Origin: Arenicellales bacterium
GTDB lineage: Bacteria; Pseudomonadota; Gammaproteobacteria; Arenicellales; JAANXG01
Reading direction: 5' to 3'
Length of the DNA stretch: 64,000 nucleotides
Assembly (NCBI GenBank): GCA_049583715.1
Contig: JBAUWJ010000190.1
Span: 16,242-80,241, forward strand
Shown: in pieces, positions 16,318 through 25,639 of the stretch
How the letters are laid out: every line of letters begins with the position of its first letter
Position numbering within the stretch: position 1 is the first letter of the stretch
The notes under the pieces: model-generated
Told to the model about the DNA's origin: nothing
The model's input: only the letters and a program-made list of their open reading frames with translations
The model's database searches: none
Position numbers and translations under genes: made by a program

Positions 16318-16806
16318 ATGTTGAAGCGATCTCTTGTTCTGTTACTGGGCCTCGCGCTGGCGGCCCCGGCCATGGCCGGGGGCTACGGCGGGCACTACTA
16401 TGGCCACCGCTACGGCGGGCATTCCCACTATGGGCATCATGGCGGCGACGCCGGCGGTGCGCTGGTTGCCGGTCTGGTGTTCGGTGGTCTGCTCGGCTAC
16501 CTGATCAGCGAGGACCAGCACTACCAGCAGGACGTCTACTGGGACAATCCCGACCGCGTCTATTACTACGAGCCCGCGTATGACTACGGCTATCGCAGAT
16601 ACGTGCGCGTTGTGCCGGTGCCCGTGCCTGCCCAAACGGCGGTCGTCGACCCGGAGTTCGCCGGACAGAATTGCCAGATGACCCGCGAGTACACTACGAC
16701 CATCGAGGTCGACGGCAAGAAGCACGACGCCTACGGCACGAAGTGCCTGACCGCCGACGGCTCCTGGATCCTGGGGCGCCCCAAGCTCGTCCCCGACTTC
16801 AACTAG
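16318..16806 (+). CDS. Secreted Gly/His/Tyr-rich protein with a glycine-zipper segment and a 17-kDa-surface-antigen-like C-terminal domain
   Basis: The signal peptide is MLKRSLVLLLGLALAAPAMA. It is followed by GGYGGHYYGHRYGGHSHYGHHGG and the glycine zipper GGALVAGLVFGGLLGYLI. The C-terminal segment NCQMTREYTTTIEVDGKKHDAYGTKCLTADGSW resembles the CREYxQ...G.ACRQPDGSW surface-antigen motif. Confidence 0.7.
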   Translation: MLKRSLVLLLGLALAAPAMAGGYGGHYYGHRYGGHSHYGHHGGDAGGALVAGLVFGGLLGYLISEDQHYQQDVYWDNPDRVYYYEPAYDYGYRRYVRVVPVPVPAQTAVVDPEFAGQNCQMTREYTTTIEVDGKKHDAYGTKCLTADGSWILGRPKLVPDFN

Positions 16807-16827
16807 CGCGCGGGACCGCGCGGCGGC

Positions 16828-17226
16828 GTGCCCCCGCCAACGCGGCGTGTGACACGGTCCAGGCCGCCCGTCGTGGCGCCGGAGAATCGGTCCGCCTATG
16901 AGAAGATCTGGGAGACCGTTGCCCGTATCCCCTACGGCCGGGTCGCCACCTACGGCCAGATCGCCCGTCTCGCGGGTCTCGGCAAACGCGCGCGGCTCGT
17001 CGGCTACGCCCTGCATCGAACGCCGGAGCATTGCGAGATTCCGTGGCATCGCGTCATCAATGCCGGGGGCAGGATCTCCTTCCCGCCCGGAAGCGACTCC
17101 TACCGCAGGCAGCGCGACAGACTGATCGCGGAGAACATCCCGCTGGTGGGTGAGCGGGTCGATCTGCGGCGATATCGCTGGCGGCCGGGGATCGAAGATG
17201 CTCCCGAAGGGTACTTCGAAAGCTGA
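16828..17226 (+). CDS. Alkyltransferase-like (ATL) protein, MGMT DNA-binding domain without the acceptor cysteine
   Basis: The segment IPYGRVATYGQIARLAG...ALHRTPEHCEIPWHRVINAGGRISF has PWHRV where MGMT has PCHRV. The start is uncertain (GTG 16828 or later). Confidence 0.8.
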   Translation: MPPPTRRVTRSRPPVVAPENRSAYEKIWETVARIPYGRVATYGQIARLAGLGKRARLVGYALHRTPEHCEIPWHRVINAGGRISFPPGSDSYRRQRDRLIAENIPLVGERVDLRRYRWRPGIEDAPEGYFES

Positions 17227-17287
17227 GCTCCGGCGTGGTCGTGTAGAATGGACCGCCCGCAAAGAACAAACCTCGGATCGCACGTCC

Positions 17288-18175
17288 ATGAAAGTCGCAA
17301 CTTGCCGATACAAGAATCAGGAGCACCTCGCCATAGTACGCAACGGCGCCGCGATGCTCCCGGCCCTCGTGTCCAGATATCCCGGCTTCGCCGATGCACT
17401 GTCCTTCATTCGCGATTACCGCAAGTCTCGCGAGCTGCTGGCGGGTCTGCAGGAGTCGGAGAAAGACCGGGCGACGGTGATGATGGACGACCTTACCCTG
17501 CTCGCGCCCATTCCGCGCCCCACCAAGAACGTCATGTGTCTCGGCTGGAACTATTCGGAGCATGTGCGCGAGTCGTCCAGTGTCAGAAAAGAGGAAGCCG
17601 GGCTGCCGGAGCACCCCATTGTCTTCACCAAGAATGTCACAAGCGTGACGGGTCCGGGCAGCACGATACCCTGTGATGCGGCCGTCACGGAGCAGCTCGA
17701 CTGGGAAGCAGAGCTCGGCGTGATCATCGGCAAATCCGGCCGGGCAATCACCGCCGCGGACGCCATGGGCCACGTATTCGGCTACACGGTCATCAACGAC
17801 GTGTCGGCGCGGGATCTTCAGTTTCAGCACAAACAGTGGTTCATCGGCAAGAGCCTCGACGGCGCCTGTCCCATGGGCCCCTGGATCGTGACGGCGGACG
17901 AGATCGCCGACCCGCACGCACTGGCCATCCGCTGCGACGTGAACGGCGTTCGCAAGCAGGATTCCACCACCGCCAACATGATCTTCAAGATCCCCGCGAT
18001 CATCGCCACCCTTTCCCTCGGCATGTCGCTGGAGCCCGGCGACGTGATCGCCACCGGCACCCCGGAGGGCGTCGGCTTTGCCAGGACCCCGCCCGAGTTC
18101 CTCAAGCCCGGCGACGAGGTCGTTTGCGAGGTCGAGGGGGTCGGCAGCCTGCGGAATACCATCGGCGGGAAGTAA
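17288..18175 (+). CDS. Fumarylacetoacetate hydrolase (FAH) family protein
   Basis: ORF 17150..18175 trimmed to ATG 17288 (MKVATCRYKNQEHLAIV). Segments CLGWNYSEH, DWEAELGVIIGK, GYTVINDVSARDLQ and PGDVIATGTPEGVG are typical of the FAH family. Confidence 0.9.
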   Translation: MKVATCRYKNQEHLAIVRNGAAMLPALVSRYPGFADALSFIRDYRKSRELLAGLQESEKDRATVMMDDLTLLAPIPRPTKNVMCLGWNYSEHVRESSSVRKEEAGLPEHPIVFTKNVTSVTGPGSTIPCDAAVTEQLDWEAELGVIIGKSGRAITAADAMGHVFGYTVINDVSARDLQFQHKQWFIGKSLDGACPMGPWIVTADEIADPHALAIRCDVNGVRKQDSTTANMIFKIPAIIATLSLGMSLEPGDVIATGTPEGVGFARTPPEFLKPGDEVVCEVEGVGSLRNTIGGK

Positions 18176-18489
18176 CCCGCATCGCACAAACTCGCGACGT
18201 ATCCGGAGGATCATCGGGGACGCAATTCGTGGACGGCGTAGTCGACAGCGGTATGTAGAGCATGGGGTGGTTCGGGTCCTTGTCGACAGGCATCCGGTAC
18301 CTTGGACGCTGTGCTTGTCCTCTCTGGTCGAATAACCCAAGCGACCGCGCCGCTCACCCCTCATCCTGTGCTTCTCGACTGGCGTTCCCGACTTCGTCCT
18401 GCCTCCTCCATCCCTGGAGTCGTCCCTCGATGGAAGAAGAAACCTATGGCCCCGTGTTGGGGGTACGTGAGAGAAATCGGGGTCCGTGC

Positions 18490-18790
18490 TCCAGATCCTC
18501 CACCTCAAACAAAAGGAGCAGCGTGGGGGCATGAACCGGGGAGGATCTTTGTCGAGCGTCTCGAGGCAGGAGCCGAGAGCGAGCCTGCTTCGGAGGTAAT
18601 TGCGGCGTGTCGACAAAGACCCTCCCGGGTTCCTGCGGGGCGCTCCTCTACAAGCTCGGCAGGCCCCAGCAGCGCAGCACGATCAAACACTGCTTGTCGG
18701 AATGAATTCCGACCCACAAGGAAGTGGGGAGTGCCGGAGACCGTCGGGAATGAGAACCGACCGACACACTTCGGATGTGGGGATGGAGTG
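18490..18790. repeat. Composite intergenic repeat cluster, copy B (family C hairpin plus family B REP)
   Basis: The family C arms lie at 18530-18555 and 18610-18635 around a 54-nt loop. The family B hairpin GTCGGAATGAATTCCGAC lies at 18696-18713. The flanks are the reverse complement of copy A, but the loop is in the same orientation. An extra 25-nt module, CCTCCTCCATCCCTGGAGTCGTCCC, at 18402-18426 recurs exactly at 32199-32223. Confidence 0.85.
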
Positions 18791-18795
18791 CAGGC

Positions 18796-19533
18796 CTACT
18801 CCCCGAGCAGCAGGTCCTTGGCCTGGTTGACCTTGGCGGCGAGGTAGTCGGAGCCGCCGCGGTCGGGGTGCAGCTTCTGCATCAGGCGGCGATGCGCCTG
18901 GATGATCTCCTCGCGCGGAGCGCCCGGGCTGACGCCGAGGATCTGGCCGGCTTCGTCCTTGCTCATAGCCGTCGACTTCCCCGCCTGCGAGCGGTGCCCC
19001 TGCTGCTCCCAGCCGTTGTGATAGCGGTCGAGATAGCTCTGCAACAATGAAGCAGAGTCGCCGTCGTCGGCCTGATAGGCCTCGAGAAGCGAAAGCAGGT
19101 CGTCGATCCGTAGCTGCGACAGGCGTCTCCCGGCGAAACGTCCCTGCAATATCTCGCCGTCCATCTCACCCGTATCGTGGCTCAAAGTCATCCGGAGATA
19201 CTTTGAGCTCACCTGCGACGACCCCGTGCCGGTGGCGCCCGCGGTACTCCGGGCACGCGCGTTTTGATAGTGGCCGTAGGCCTGGTTGAAAAGGGGTGCG
19301 TATCTGAGCAGCGACGACAGCAGGCGTCCCACGACGGGGACCGCCGCCGCCACCAGCCCGAACAGCCAGGGCAGCCTGCCGGTCACCACGAGCAGCAACG
19401 CCAGTCCCGCGACGACCCACAAGGCGCCCCGTCGAAGACTCGCCGCCACCCGCTTCGGATCCTCCTTGAGCAGCCAGTTCACAAACACGACCGTCGCGAC
19501 CACGACGGCGAACAGCAGGATCAGTCGCAGCAC
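18796..19533 (-). CDS. Membrane-anchored J-domain (DnaJ-like) protein
   Basis: 245 aa with two N-terminal TM helices. The C-terminal J-domain is [49 protein letters not shown], with the HPD motif present. Confidence 0.85.
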   Translation of the reverse strand: MLRLILLFAVVVATVVFVNWLLKEDPKRVAASLRRGALWVVAGLALLLVVTGRLPWLFGLVAAAVPVVGRLLSSLLRYAPLFNQAYGHYQNARARSTAGATGTGSSQVSSKYLRMTLSHDTGEMDGEILQGRFAGRRLSQLRIDDLLSLLEAYQADDGDSASLLQSYLDRYHNGWEQQGHRSQAGKSTAMSKDEAGQILGVSPGAPREEIIQAHRRLMQKLHPDRGGSDYLAAKVNQAKDLLLGE

Positions 19534-19536
19534 GGA

Positions 19537-20247
19537 TCAGCGGCCGGGATCGAGTTGTCGGGTCAATTGCTTCACGGATTCATGCCTGCCGGCGCTGAAC
19601 TCCTCCAGGGCGCGCCTGCCGCCCGCCGCGTACACGGCTACGGCACTCAGCAGGTCGCGAAGCTGCGCGGCGCTGGTGTGGTCGAAGGGGCAGGCCGCGC
19701 CGTGCGTCAGGCGGGCAATGGCTTGGAACACCTCGACGGTGTGCGGGTCGTTGCCCTCGAAGAACAGGAACGCCGGCACACCCAGAATCCCGAGTTGTCC
19801 CGCCAGGCGAGCCAGTTGCCCCGTATCCTCCTCGACGCAGTCGCCTATGAACACCAGGGCGTTCACCTTCGACCGGCGCGCCTCTTTCAGCACGTGCCGC
19901 AGCACCTTCCCGATCTGGGTCAGGCCGCCGAGACAGAAGACCGCGCGCATGCGCCGCACCAGCTCGAGGGACGATGCATACCACGGGCTGACGCTGAACT
20001 CGGCATAGCCGCGGTAAAAGCAAAGCTGCACCTCGAGCCCCCCGAGCCGGCCCGCGGCCTCGAACATGTTTCCCTGGATGCCGCAGGCCCGGTCCCAGGT
20101 GGGCTCACGGCTGGCGGTGGCATCCAGGGCAAAGATCAAGCGTCCGCGCACCCCCGTCGCGGACTTGACCGGCATCCGTCTCGCGCGCTCGACGAACGCT
20201 TCGATGTCCCCCTTCGTGGATCGGGTGGGAAGCCTGTCGTCAGGCAT
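19537..20247 (-). CDS. von Willebrand factor A (VWA) domain protein
   Basis: 236 aa. The MIDAS-like segment is LIFALDATASRE (DxTxS). Later segments are CLGGLTQIG and ALVFIGDCVEED. Its stop lies 3 nt from the start of the J-domain gene. Confidence 0.8.
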   Translation of the reverse strand: MPDDRLPTRSTKGDIEAFVERARRMPVKSATGVRGRLIFALDATASREPTWDRACGIQGNMFEAAGRLGGLEVQLCFYRGYAEFSVSPWYASSLELVRRMRAVFCLGGLTQIGKVLRHVLKEARRSKVNALVFIGDCVEEDTGQLARLAGQLGILGVPAFLFFEGNDPHTVEVFQAIARLTHGAACPFDHTSAAQLRDLLSAVAVYAAGGRRALEEFSAGRHESVKQLTRQLDPGR

Positions 20248-20401
20248 GGCTCAAGGCATCTCGACTGCGTTGATCTCGGAAGAATGACTATACCGCAGGA
20301 GCCCGCGGCGCACATTCTCTCAGTGCACCGCCGCTCGAAACGCCGGAGATTTTCGAGTACTCTCGGCCTTCACCCTGCTGTCGAACGACCACCGGACCAC
20401 C

Positions 20402-21709
20402 GTGGCTAACACTGAATTCGTTGATGATTTTCTGGCTTTTCTGAGGGCTTCTCCGACACCGTTCCACGCCGTCGCCAACATCGCCGGCCGCCTCGAGCGG
20501 AGCGGGTTTGTCCGTCTGCGCGAGCACGAGGACTGGCGACTCGACAAAGACGGACGCTATTACGTCGTGCGCAACGGCTCATCCATCGTCGCCTTCTCCA
20601 ACACCGGGGAGCCCGGCATCCAGGGCATACGCATGGTCGGGACGCACACCGACAGCCCGTGCCTCAAGATCAAGCCGCGGCCGGAGCGCGTCAAGAACGG
20701 CTACTTCCAACTCTCCGCGGAGGTCTACGGGGGGGCGCTGTTGAACCCGTGGTTCGACCGCGATTTGTCCATCGCCGGCCGGGTCACCCTGCAGACCGGC
20801 GACCGGTCGCTGGTCCACCGGCTGATCGACTTCGAGCGACCCCTGGGCGTGATCCCGAGTCTCGCCATCCATCTCGACCGGGAAGCCAACAACAGCCGCT
20901 CCATCAACGCACAGACGGATATCCTCCCGCTCCTGCTGCGGACAAGCGAAGAAGGGCTCGAGTTGCGCAGCCTGTTGGCGGACCGGCTGGCGAAGGAGCA
21001 TCCGGACTATGCATCGGCCGAAATCCTGGATTTCGAGCTATGCCTGTACGATACGCAGCCGCCCGCGGTGGTCGGAGTCAGGGATGAATTCATCAGTGGC
21101 GCGCGGCTGGACAACCTCGCGAGCTGCTTCATCGCCGTGCGCGCCATCGTCGACCACGAGCACACCCGGCCCGTGCTGATGGTCTGCAACGACCACGAAG
21201 AGGTCGGCAGCCAGTCGGCCGTGGGCGCCGACGGCCCGTTCCTGCGCGACGTGATCCATCGCTGGCTGGGGGATCGCAGCGCCATGGCGGGCGCCATGGA
21301 CAGCTCCCTGCTGGTGTCGGCCGACAACGCCCACGGGGTGCACCCCAACTACCCGGACAAGCACGACGAGAATCACGGCCCTGTCCTGAATGGCGGACCG
21401 GTAATCAAGGTCAACCAGAGCCAGCGCTACGCCACCAACAGCGAGACCGGCAGCATCTTTCGGGCGATTTGCCTCTCCGCCGAGGTGCCGGTACAGAGCT
21501 TCGTCTCCCGGGCCGACATGGCCTGCGGCACGACCATCGGGCCGATCACGGCGGGTGGCGTGGGCGTCAAGACAGTCGACGTCGGAATTCCACAGCTCGC
21601 GATGCATTCCATTCGCGAGACCTGCGGGGCCGCGGACCCCGAATACCTGTACCGGGCGCTGAAGGCCTTTTTCGATACGGAGCAGCTTCAGGCGGCAGAA
21701 GCTTTCTAG
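20402..21709 (+). CDS. apeB: M18 family (aspartyl) aminopeptidase
   Basis: 435 aa with a GTG start. Segments FLRASPTPFHAV, GTHTDSPCLKIKP, RLDNLASCF, DHEEVGSQS and HSIRE are typical of M18 aminopeptidases. Confidence 0.9.
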   Translation: MANTEFVDDFLAFLRASPTPFHAVANIAGRLERSGFVRLREHEDWRLDKDGRYYVVRNGSSIVAFSNTGEPGIQGIRMVGTHTDSPCLKIKPRPERVKNGYFQLSAEVYGGALLNPWFDRDLSIAGRVTLQTGDRSLVHRLIDFERPLGVIPSLAIHLDREANNSRSINAQTDILPLLLRTSEEGLELRSLLADRLAKEHPDYASAEILDFELCLYDTQPPAVVGVRDEFISGARLDNLASCFIAVRAIVDHEHTRPVLMVCNDHEEVGSQSAVGADGPFLRDVIHRWLGDRSAMAGAMDSSLLVSADNAHGVHPNYPDKHDENHGPVLNGGPVIKVNQSQRYATNSETGSIFRAICLSAEVPVQSFVSRADMACGTTIGPITAGGVGVKTVDVGIPQLAMHSIRETCGAADPEYLYRALKAFFDTEQLQAAEAF

Positions 21710-21836
21710 GGAAGCTCTGATTAATGCCGTCATTGCGAGGAGCGACGCGACGAAGCAATCCAGAAAGCGTGCAATGGCAGGCATCCTGGATTGCTTCGCT
21801 GCGCTCGCAATGACAACGTGTTAATCAGAGCTTCCC
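21709..21836 (+). repeat. Dispersed palindromic element family A (MITE-like), copy 2
   Basis: The element runs GGGAAGCTCTGATTAATGCCGTCATTGCGAGGAGCGACGCGACGAAGCAATCC...GGATTGCTTCGCTGCGCTCGCAATGAC...TTAATCAGAGCTTCCC. Its first G is the last base of the aminopeptidase TAG stop (21707-21709). Confidence 0.85.
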
Positions 21837-21957
21837 TGGCTTGATCGTCGGTGCGACCGCACAGTTTCTCCCTCGCAGGACCGCTCCCCAAGAGAGAGGT
21901 ATCGCAAGAACGCTTGCGCTCGCTCCGGCAGCCGGCACTCGCCGATTCGCACCCGCC

Positions 21958-22950
21958 TCAGGATCGATGGACGAGGGAACCGGAGCGAAAGAGGTCGTTG
22001 ATCCGAACCCCACCAAGCAGCTCGCGCGCACTCATGGCGAGGCCGGGTTCCACCAGCCGCAGGTCCGACGCGAATCGACCCACCAGTGATTCCGCGGTTC
22101 CGCCCGCCGCGAGGTACGCATCCAATGAGGCGGAGCCGTCGCGCTTGCTCAAACGCCGCCCCTCATCGTCCCGCACCACGGGCACGTGCCAGTACCGGGG
22201 CGTTGGAAGGCCCAGCGCTTCCTGAAGCGCGATCTGCCTCGGGGTAGAGTCCATCAGGTCCTGACCGCGCAGAACATCGGTGACGCCCATCGAGGCATCG
22301 TCCACCACTACGGCGAGCTGGTAGGCGAAGACGTCGTCGCGGCGCTTGACAACGAAATCGCCGACGTCGCGCCCGAGGTCCTGGACATACATACCACCAA
22401 GGCAATCATGGAAGCGAACCTCGCCGTCGCCGACTGCGAATCTCCACGCCGGTGCCATTTCCGGCTGCGCCGCCGGCGACCTCGCCCACCCCGGCGTCGA
22501 GGGCCGGCACGTCCCGGGGTAGATGGGAGCGGCGCCGTGCGGCGCGCTCGCCGCGTCGCGGATGTCCTTCCGGGAGCAGAAGCAGGGGAAGAGGCGACCG
22601 CTCTCCTCGAGCTGCCGAAAGGCCGCCTCGTACCAGCCGGTTCGTTCGAGCTGAGTGTAAGGACCGAGGGCGCCGCCGAGATCGGGGCCTTCGTCCCAGT
22701 CCAGACCCAGCCGCCGCAGGTCGCGCAGGATCTTCTGCGCACAGCCCGCCCGGTTGCGTGGCCGGTCGAGGTCCTCCATACGCAGGACGAATACACCCCC
22801 AGCGAGGCGCGCCTGCAGCCACGCCAGTAGCGCGGTGCGCAGGTTGCCAAGGTGCAGCTCGCCGGTCGGACTCGGGGCGTAGCGGCCGCAAGGCGCCCCG
22901 CCGCGGATCGCATCGACGCGCTCGAGCAGCCGACGGGTACTGCCAATCAT
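21958..22950 (-). CDS. gluQ: tRNA glutamyl-Q(34) synthetase (GluQRS)
   Basis: ORF 21958..22989 trimmed to ATG 22950. Segments GRYAPSPTGELHLGNLRTALLAW, LRMEDLDRPR, YPGTCR and LSKRDGS are typical of truncated GluRS paralogues. Confidence 0.88.
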   Translation of the reverse strand: MIGSTRRLLERVDAIRGGAPCGRYAPSPTGELHLGNLRTALLAWLQARLAGGVFVLRMEDLDRPRNRAGCAQKILRDLRRLGLDWDEGPDLGGALGPYTQLERTGWYEAAFRQLEESGRLFPCFCSRKDIRDAASAPHGAAPIYPGTCRPSTPGWARSPAAQPEMAPAWRFAVGDGEVRFHDCLGGMYVQDLGRDVGDFVVKRRDDVFAYQLAVVVDDASMGVTDVLRGQDLMDSTPRQIALQEALGLPTPRYWHVPVVRDDEGRRLSKRDGSASLDAYLAAGGTAESLVGRFASDLRLVEPGLAMSARELLGGVRINDLFRSGSLVHRS

Positions 22951-23123
22951 TCGGGGGGCGGGGTCAGCTCCGGGTTGGCCGGCAATCACCGCCGGCGCTG
23001 CTTACGGCCGGCTCCAGACGGTAGGACCCCCGCGGCCCGGGGGCCAGGAGGCGCCCCGTCCGGGCGCCTGTTGTCACTACGCAGGACGACACCATGCGCC
23101 CTGCGGCCAGCTCATCCACACGG

Positions 23124-23447
23124 CTATTTCTTCTCGGCATTCTCGACCATGTAGTCCACACCGGCCTTGACTTCGTCGTCGCTGAGGTTGGTGAACCCGC
23201 CCTTGGGTGGCATGGTGCCCTTCTTGCCCGTGAAGCCGTTGATGGCGTCCTTATACAGGGTGTCCTTGCCCTTGGCGATGTGGGGCGCCCAGGCGTCGGC
23301 ATCACCGAATTTCGGCGCGCCGGCGACACCCTGCCCGTGGCAAACCACGCAGTTCTGCTCATAAACGGCCTTGCCGTCGACCGCGAAGGCCTGGCCGGAC
23401 ATCACGGCCGCGCCCAGCAACACGCCGGCAATCACTGTCTTCTTCAT
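23124..23447 (-). CDS. Periplasmic class I c-type cytochrome (cytochrome c5-like)
   Basis: 107 aa with a signal peptide. The heme site is CVVCHG and the distal segment is GTMPPKGG. Confidence 0.9.
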   Translation of the reverse strand: MKKTVIAGVLLGAAVMSGQAFAVDGKAVYEQNCVVCHGQGVAGAPKFGDADAWAPHIAKGKDTLYKDAINGFTGKKGTMPPKGGFTNLSDDEVKAGVDYMVENAEKK

Positions 23448-23553
23448 TTGCTTTACCTCTTGAGTTGGTTGAATCTTTGCATTGACCGCGCGAACGGTAG
23501 ACCTGCTCCCGGACTTCCCAATAGATCTATATCAAGTGAAGCTTAAGAAAGAC

Positions 23554-25131
23554 TTATATCTCCCGTGTCGCACGAAACTCGACGCTCGGCCATCTCTCCT
23601 GAGTCAACTGCAGATTGACCCGGTTCGGCGCGATGTAGGCAAGGCTGCCGGCACCGTCCGTCGCCAGGTGGTCGGATACCTTGTTTCGGAAGTCCAGCTC
23701 GGTCTTCGCGTCGGGGCAGGACACCCAGCGGGCGGTCGAGACCGGGACCGCCTCGAAGGCGGCATCGACGCCGTACTCCGTCTTCAGCCGGTGCGCCACC
23801 ACGTCGAACTGCAGGGAACCCACCGCACCGAGGATCAGGTCATTGCTGTTGAGAGGCTTGAACACCTGGGTCGCGCCTTCTTCGCTGAGCTGCACCAGGC
23901 CCTTCTGCAGGGCCTTGGCGCGCAGGGGGTCGCGCAGTTGGACGCGCCGGAAGAGCTCCGGGGCGAAGTTCGGTATACCCGAGAATTTGAGGCTCTCGCC
24001 CTCGGTGAAAGTGTCACCGATCTGGATCGTGCCGTGATTGTGCAGGCCGATGATGTCGCCGGCGTAGGCGTCGTCGGCCTGCTCACGGCGCGCGGCCATG
24101 AACGTAATGGCGCTGTGGATGGTGACATCCCGGCCGATCCGCACGTGGCGGAGCCTCATCCCCTTGTTGAACTTCCCGGAGTTCACCCTGAGGAAGGCGA
24201 TCCGGTCGTGGTGGGCCGGGTCCATGTTGGCCTGGATCTTGAACACCACCCCCGTGAATTTCTCCTCCTGCGGGCGCACGACGCGCTCCAGGGCCTCCCG
24301 CGGTTGAGGCTGAGGAGCGTAAGCCACGAAGTTGTCGAGCAGCTCCTCGACGCCCCAGTCGTTCAGTGCCGAGCCGAAGAACACGGGGGTCTGCCGGCCT
24401 CGCAGGTAGCGTTGAGGGTCGAAGGCATGGCTGGCGCCCCGCACGAGATCGATTTCCTCGCGCAGCCGCTCGGCGTCGAAGCCGAGCAGCGCCGCCAGCT
24501 CGGGATTGTCGAGTCCCTCGACCCGCCTGTCCTCGCGCGGGTTGCCGGGACGCCCACCGATCAAATGGACGCTGTCGTCGAACACGCGGTACAGGCCGCG
24601 AAAGCCCTTGCCCGACCCGATGGGCCAGGTCATCGGCGCGCACTCGATCTTCAGAACCGATTCCACTTCGTCCATCAGCTCGATGGCGTCGCGACCCTCG
24701 CGGTCCATCTTGTTGATGAAAGTCATGATGGGCGTGTCCCGCAGCCGGCAGACCTCCATGAGCTTGATGGTCCGCTCCTCCACCCCCTTGGCGGAGTCGA
24801 TCACCATCAGGCAGGAGTCCACTGCCGTCAGGGTGCGGTAGGTGTCCTCCGAGAAATCAGCATGGCCGGGGGTATCCAGGAGGTTGACGATCCGGCCGCC
24901 GTGCTCGAACTGCATGACGGAGGAGGTCACCGAGATGCCCCGCTGCTTCTCGAGCTCCATCCAGTCCGAAGTCGCGTAGCGTCCGGCCTTGCGCGCCTTC
25001 ACCGTACCTGCCATCTGAATGGCGCCTCCCCTCAGGAGGAGCCGCTCGGTCAGCGTGGTCTTGCCCGCGTCCGGATGCGAAATAATCGCGAATGTGCGGC
25101 GTTTGGCCACCTGGGTACGAAAATCGGTCAT
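23554..25131 (-). CDS. prfC: Peptide chain release factor 3
   Basis: ORF 23554..25242 trimmed to ATG 25131 ([29 protein letters not shown]). The GTPase motifs DTPGHADF and NKMD are present. The trimmed length of 525 aa fits RF3. Confidence 0.95.
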   Translation of the reverse strand: MTDFRTQVAKRRTFAIISHPDAGKTTLTERLLLRGGAIQMAGTVKARKAGRYATSDWMELEKQRGISVTSSVMQFEHGGRIVNLLDTPGHADFSEDTYRTLTAVDSCLMVIDSAKGVEERTIKLMEVCRLRDTPIMTFINKMDREGRDAIELMDEVESVLKIECAPMTWPIGSGKGFRGLYRVFDDSVHLIGGRPGNPREDRRVEGLDNPELAALLGFDAERLREEIDLVRGASHAFDPQRYLRGRQTPVFFGSALNDWGVEELLDNFVAYAPQPQPREALERVVRPQEEKFTGVVFKIQANMDPAHHDRIAFLRVNSGKFNKGMRLRHVRIGRDVTIHSAITFMAARREQADDAYAGDIIGLHNHGTIQIGDTFTEGESLKFSGIPNFAPELFRRVQLRDPLRAKALQKGLVQLSEEGATQVFKPLNSNDLILGAVGSLQFDVVAHRLKTEYGVDAAFEAVPVSTARWVSCPDAKTELDFRNKVSDHLATDGAGSLAYIAPNRVNLQLTQERWPSVEFRATREI

Positions 25132-25316
25132 GGATTGAAGGCTAGCGGAACCAGTGCTTACGGGGCGGCGAATTATAGCGAAACGGCGAGGCGACCGGAC
25201 AAGGCCCCAAAACCACGAAATCGCCATAACTTTGCCTTTCAAAGCTAATGGTTGTCCCCTATAAATTATTCAAGGGGAGGAGGCCGCCAGGGACGATAAC
25301 GACGGGGGAGAGAAGT

Positions 25317-25547
25317 ATGACGCACAGCCCGAACAACGACGCAGCGCCGGTGGGCGTAGTACCGCGCCGCCGCGCCGCATCCATAGAGCCGCTGATGTCC
25401 GACACCCTGGATGTCTGTACGGTGGCCGAGGGCGTGGCGTCACCGGGGCCGGGGCGCAGTCTCCCGCCGCTGCCGCACTGGCTTTCCGCCATGGCCTCGG
25501 TCGGCGTGGTCGCCGCGGCCCTGGAGTGGATGAAGCTCACCCGCTGA
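25317..25547 (+). CDS. Hypothetical small protein (76 aa) with a hydrophobic C-terminal segment
   Basis: ATG 25317 is preceded by the strong SD GGGGGAGAG at 5-nt spacing. Third-codon positions are GC-rich like the bona fide genes here. I recognise no homology. The C-terminal segment is HWLSAMASVGVVAAALEWM. Confidence 0.4.
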   Translation: MTHSPNNDAAPVGVVPRRRAASIEPLMSDTLDVCTVAEGVASPGPGRSLPPLPHWLSAMASVGVVAAALEWMKLTR

Positions 25548-25639
25548 GCTCCACCCCTGTGCCACGGCCGCGCGGAGCGCCCGCCGGGTGATTACCTGGT
25601 CCGGCACGCGGCCGTGCCTGGCGCGACGCCTCCCCACCA

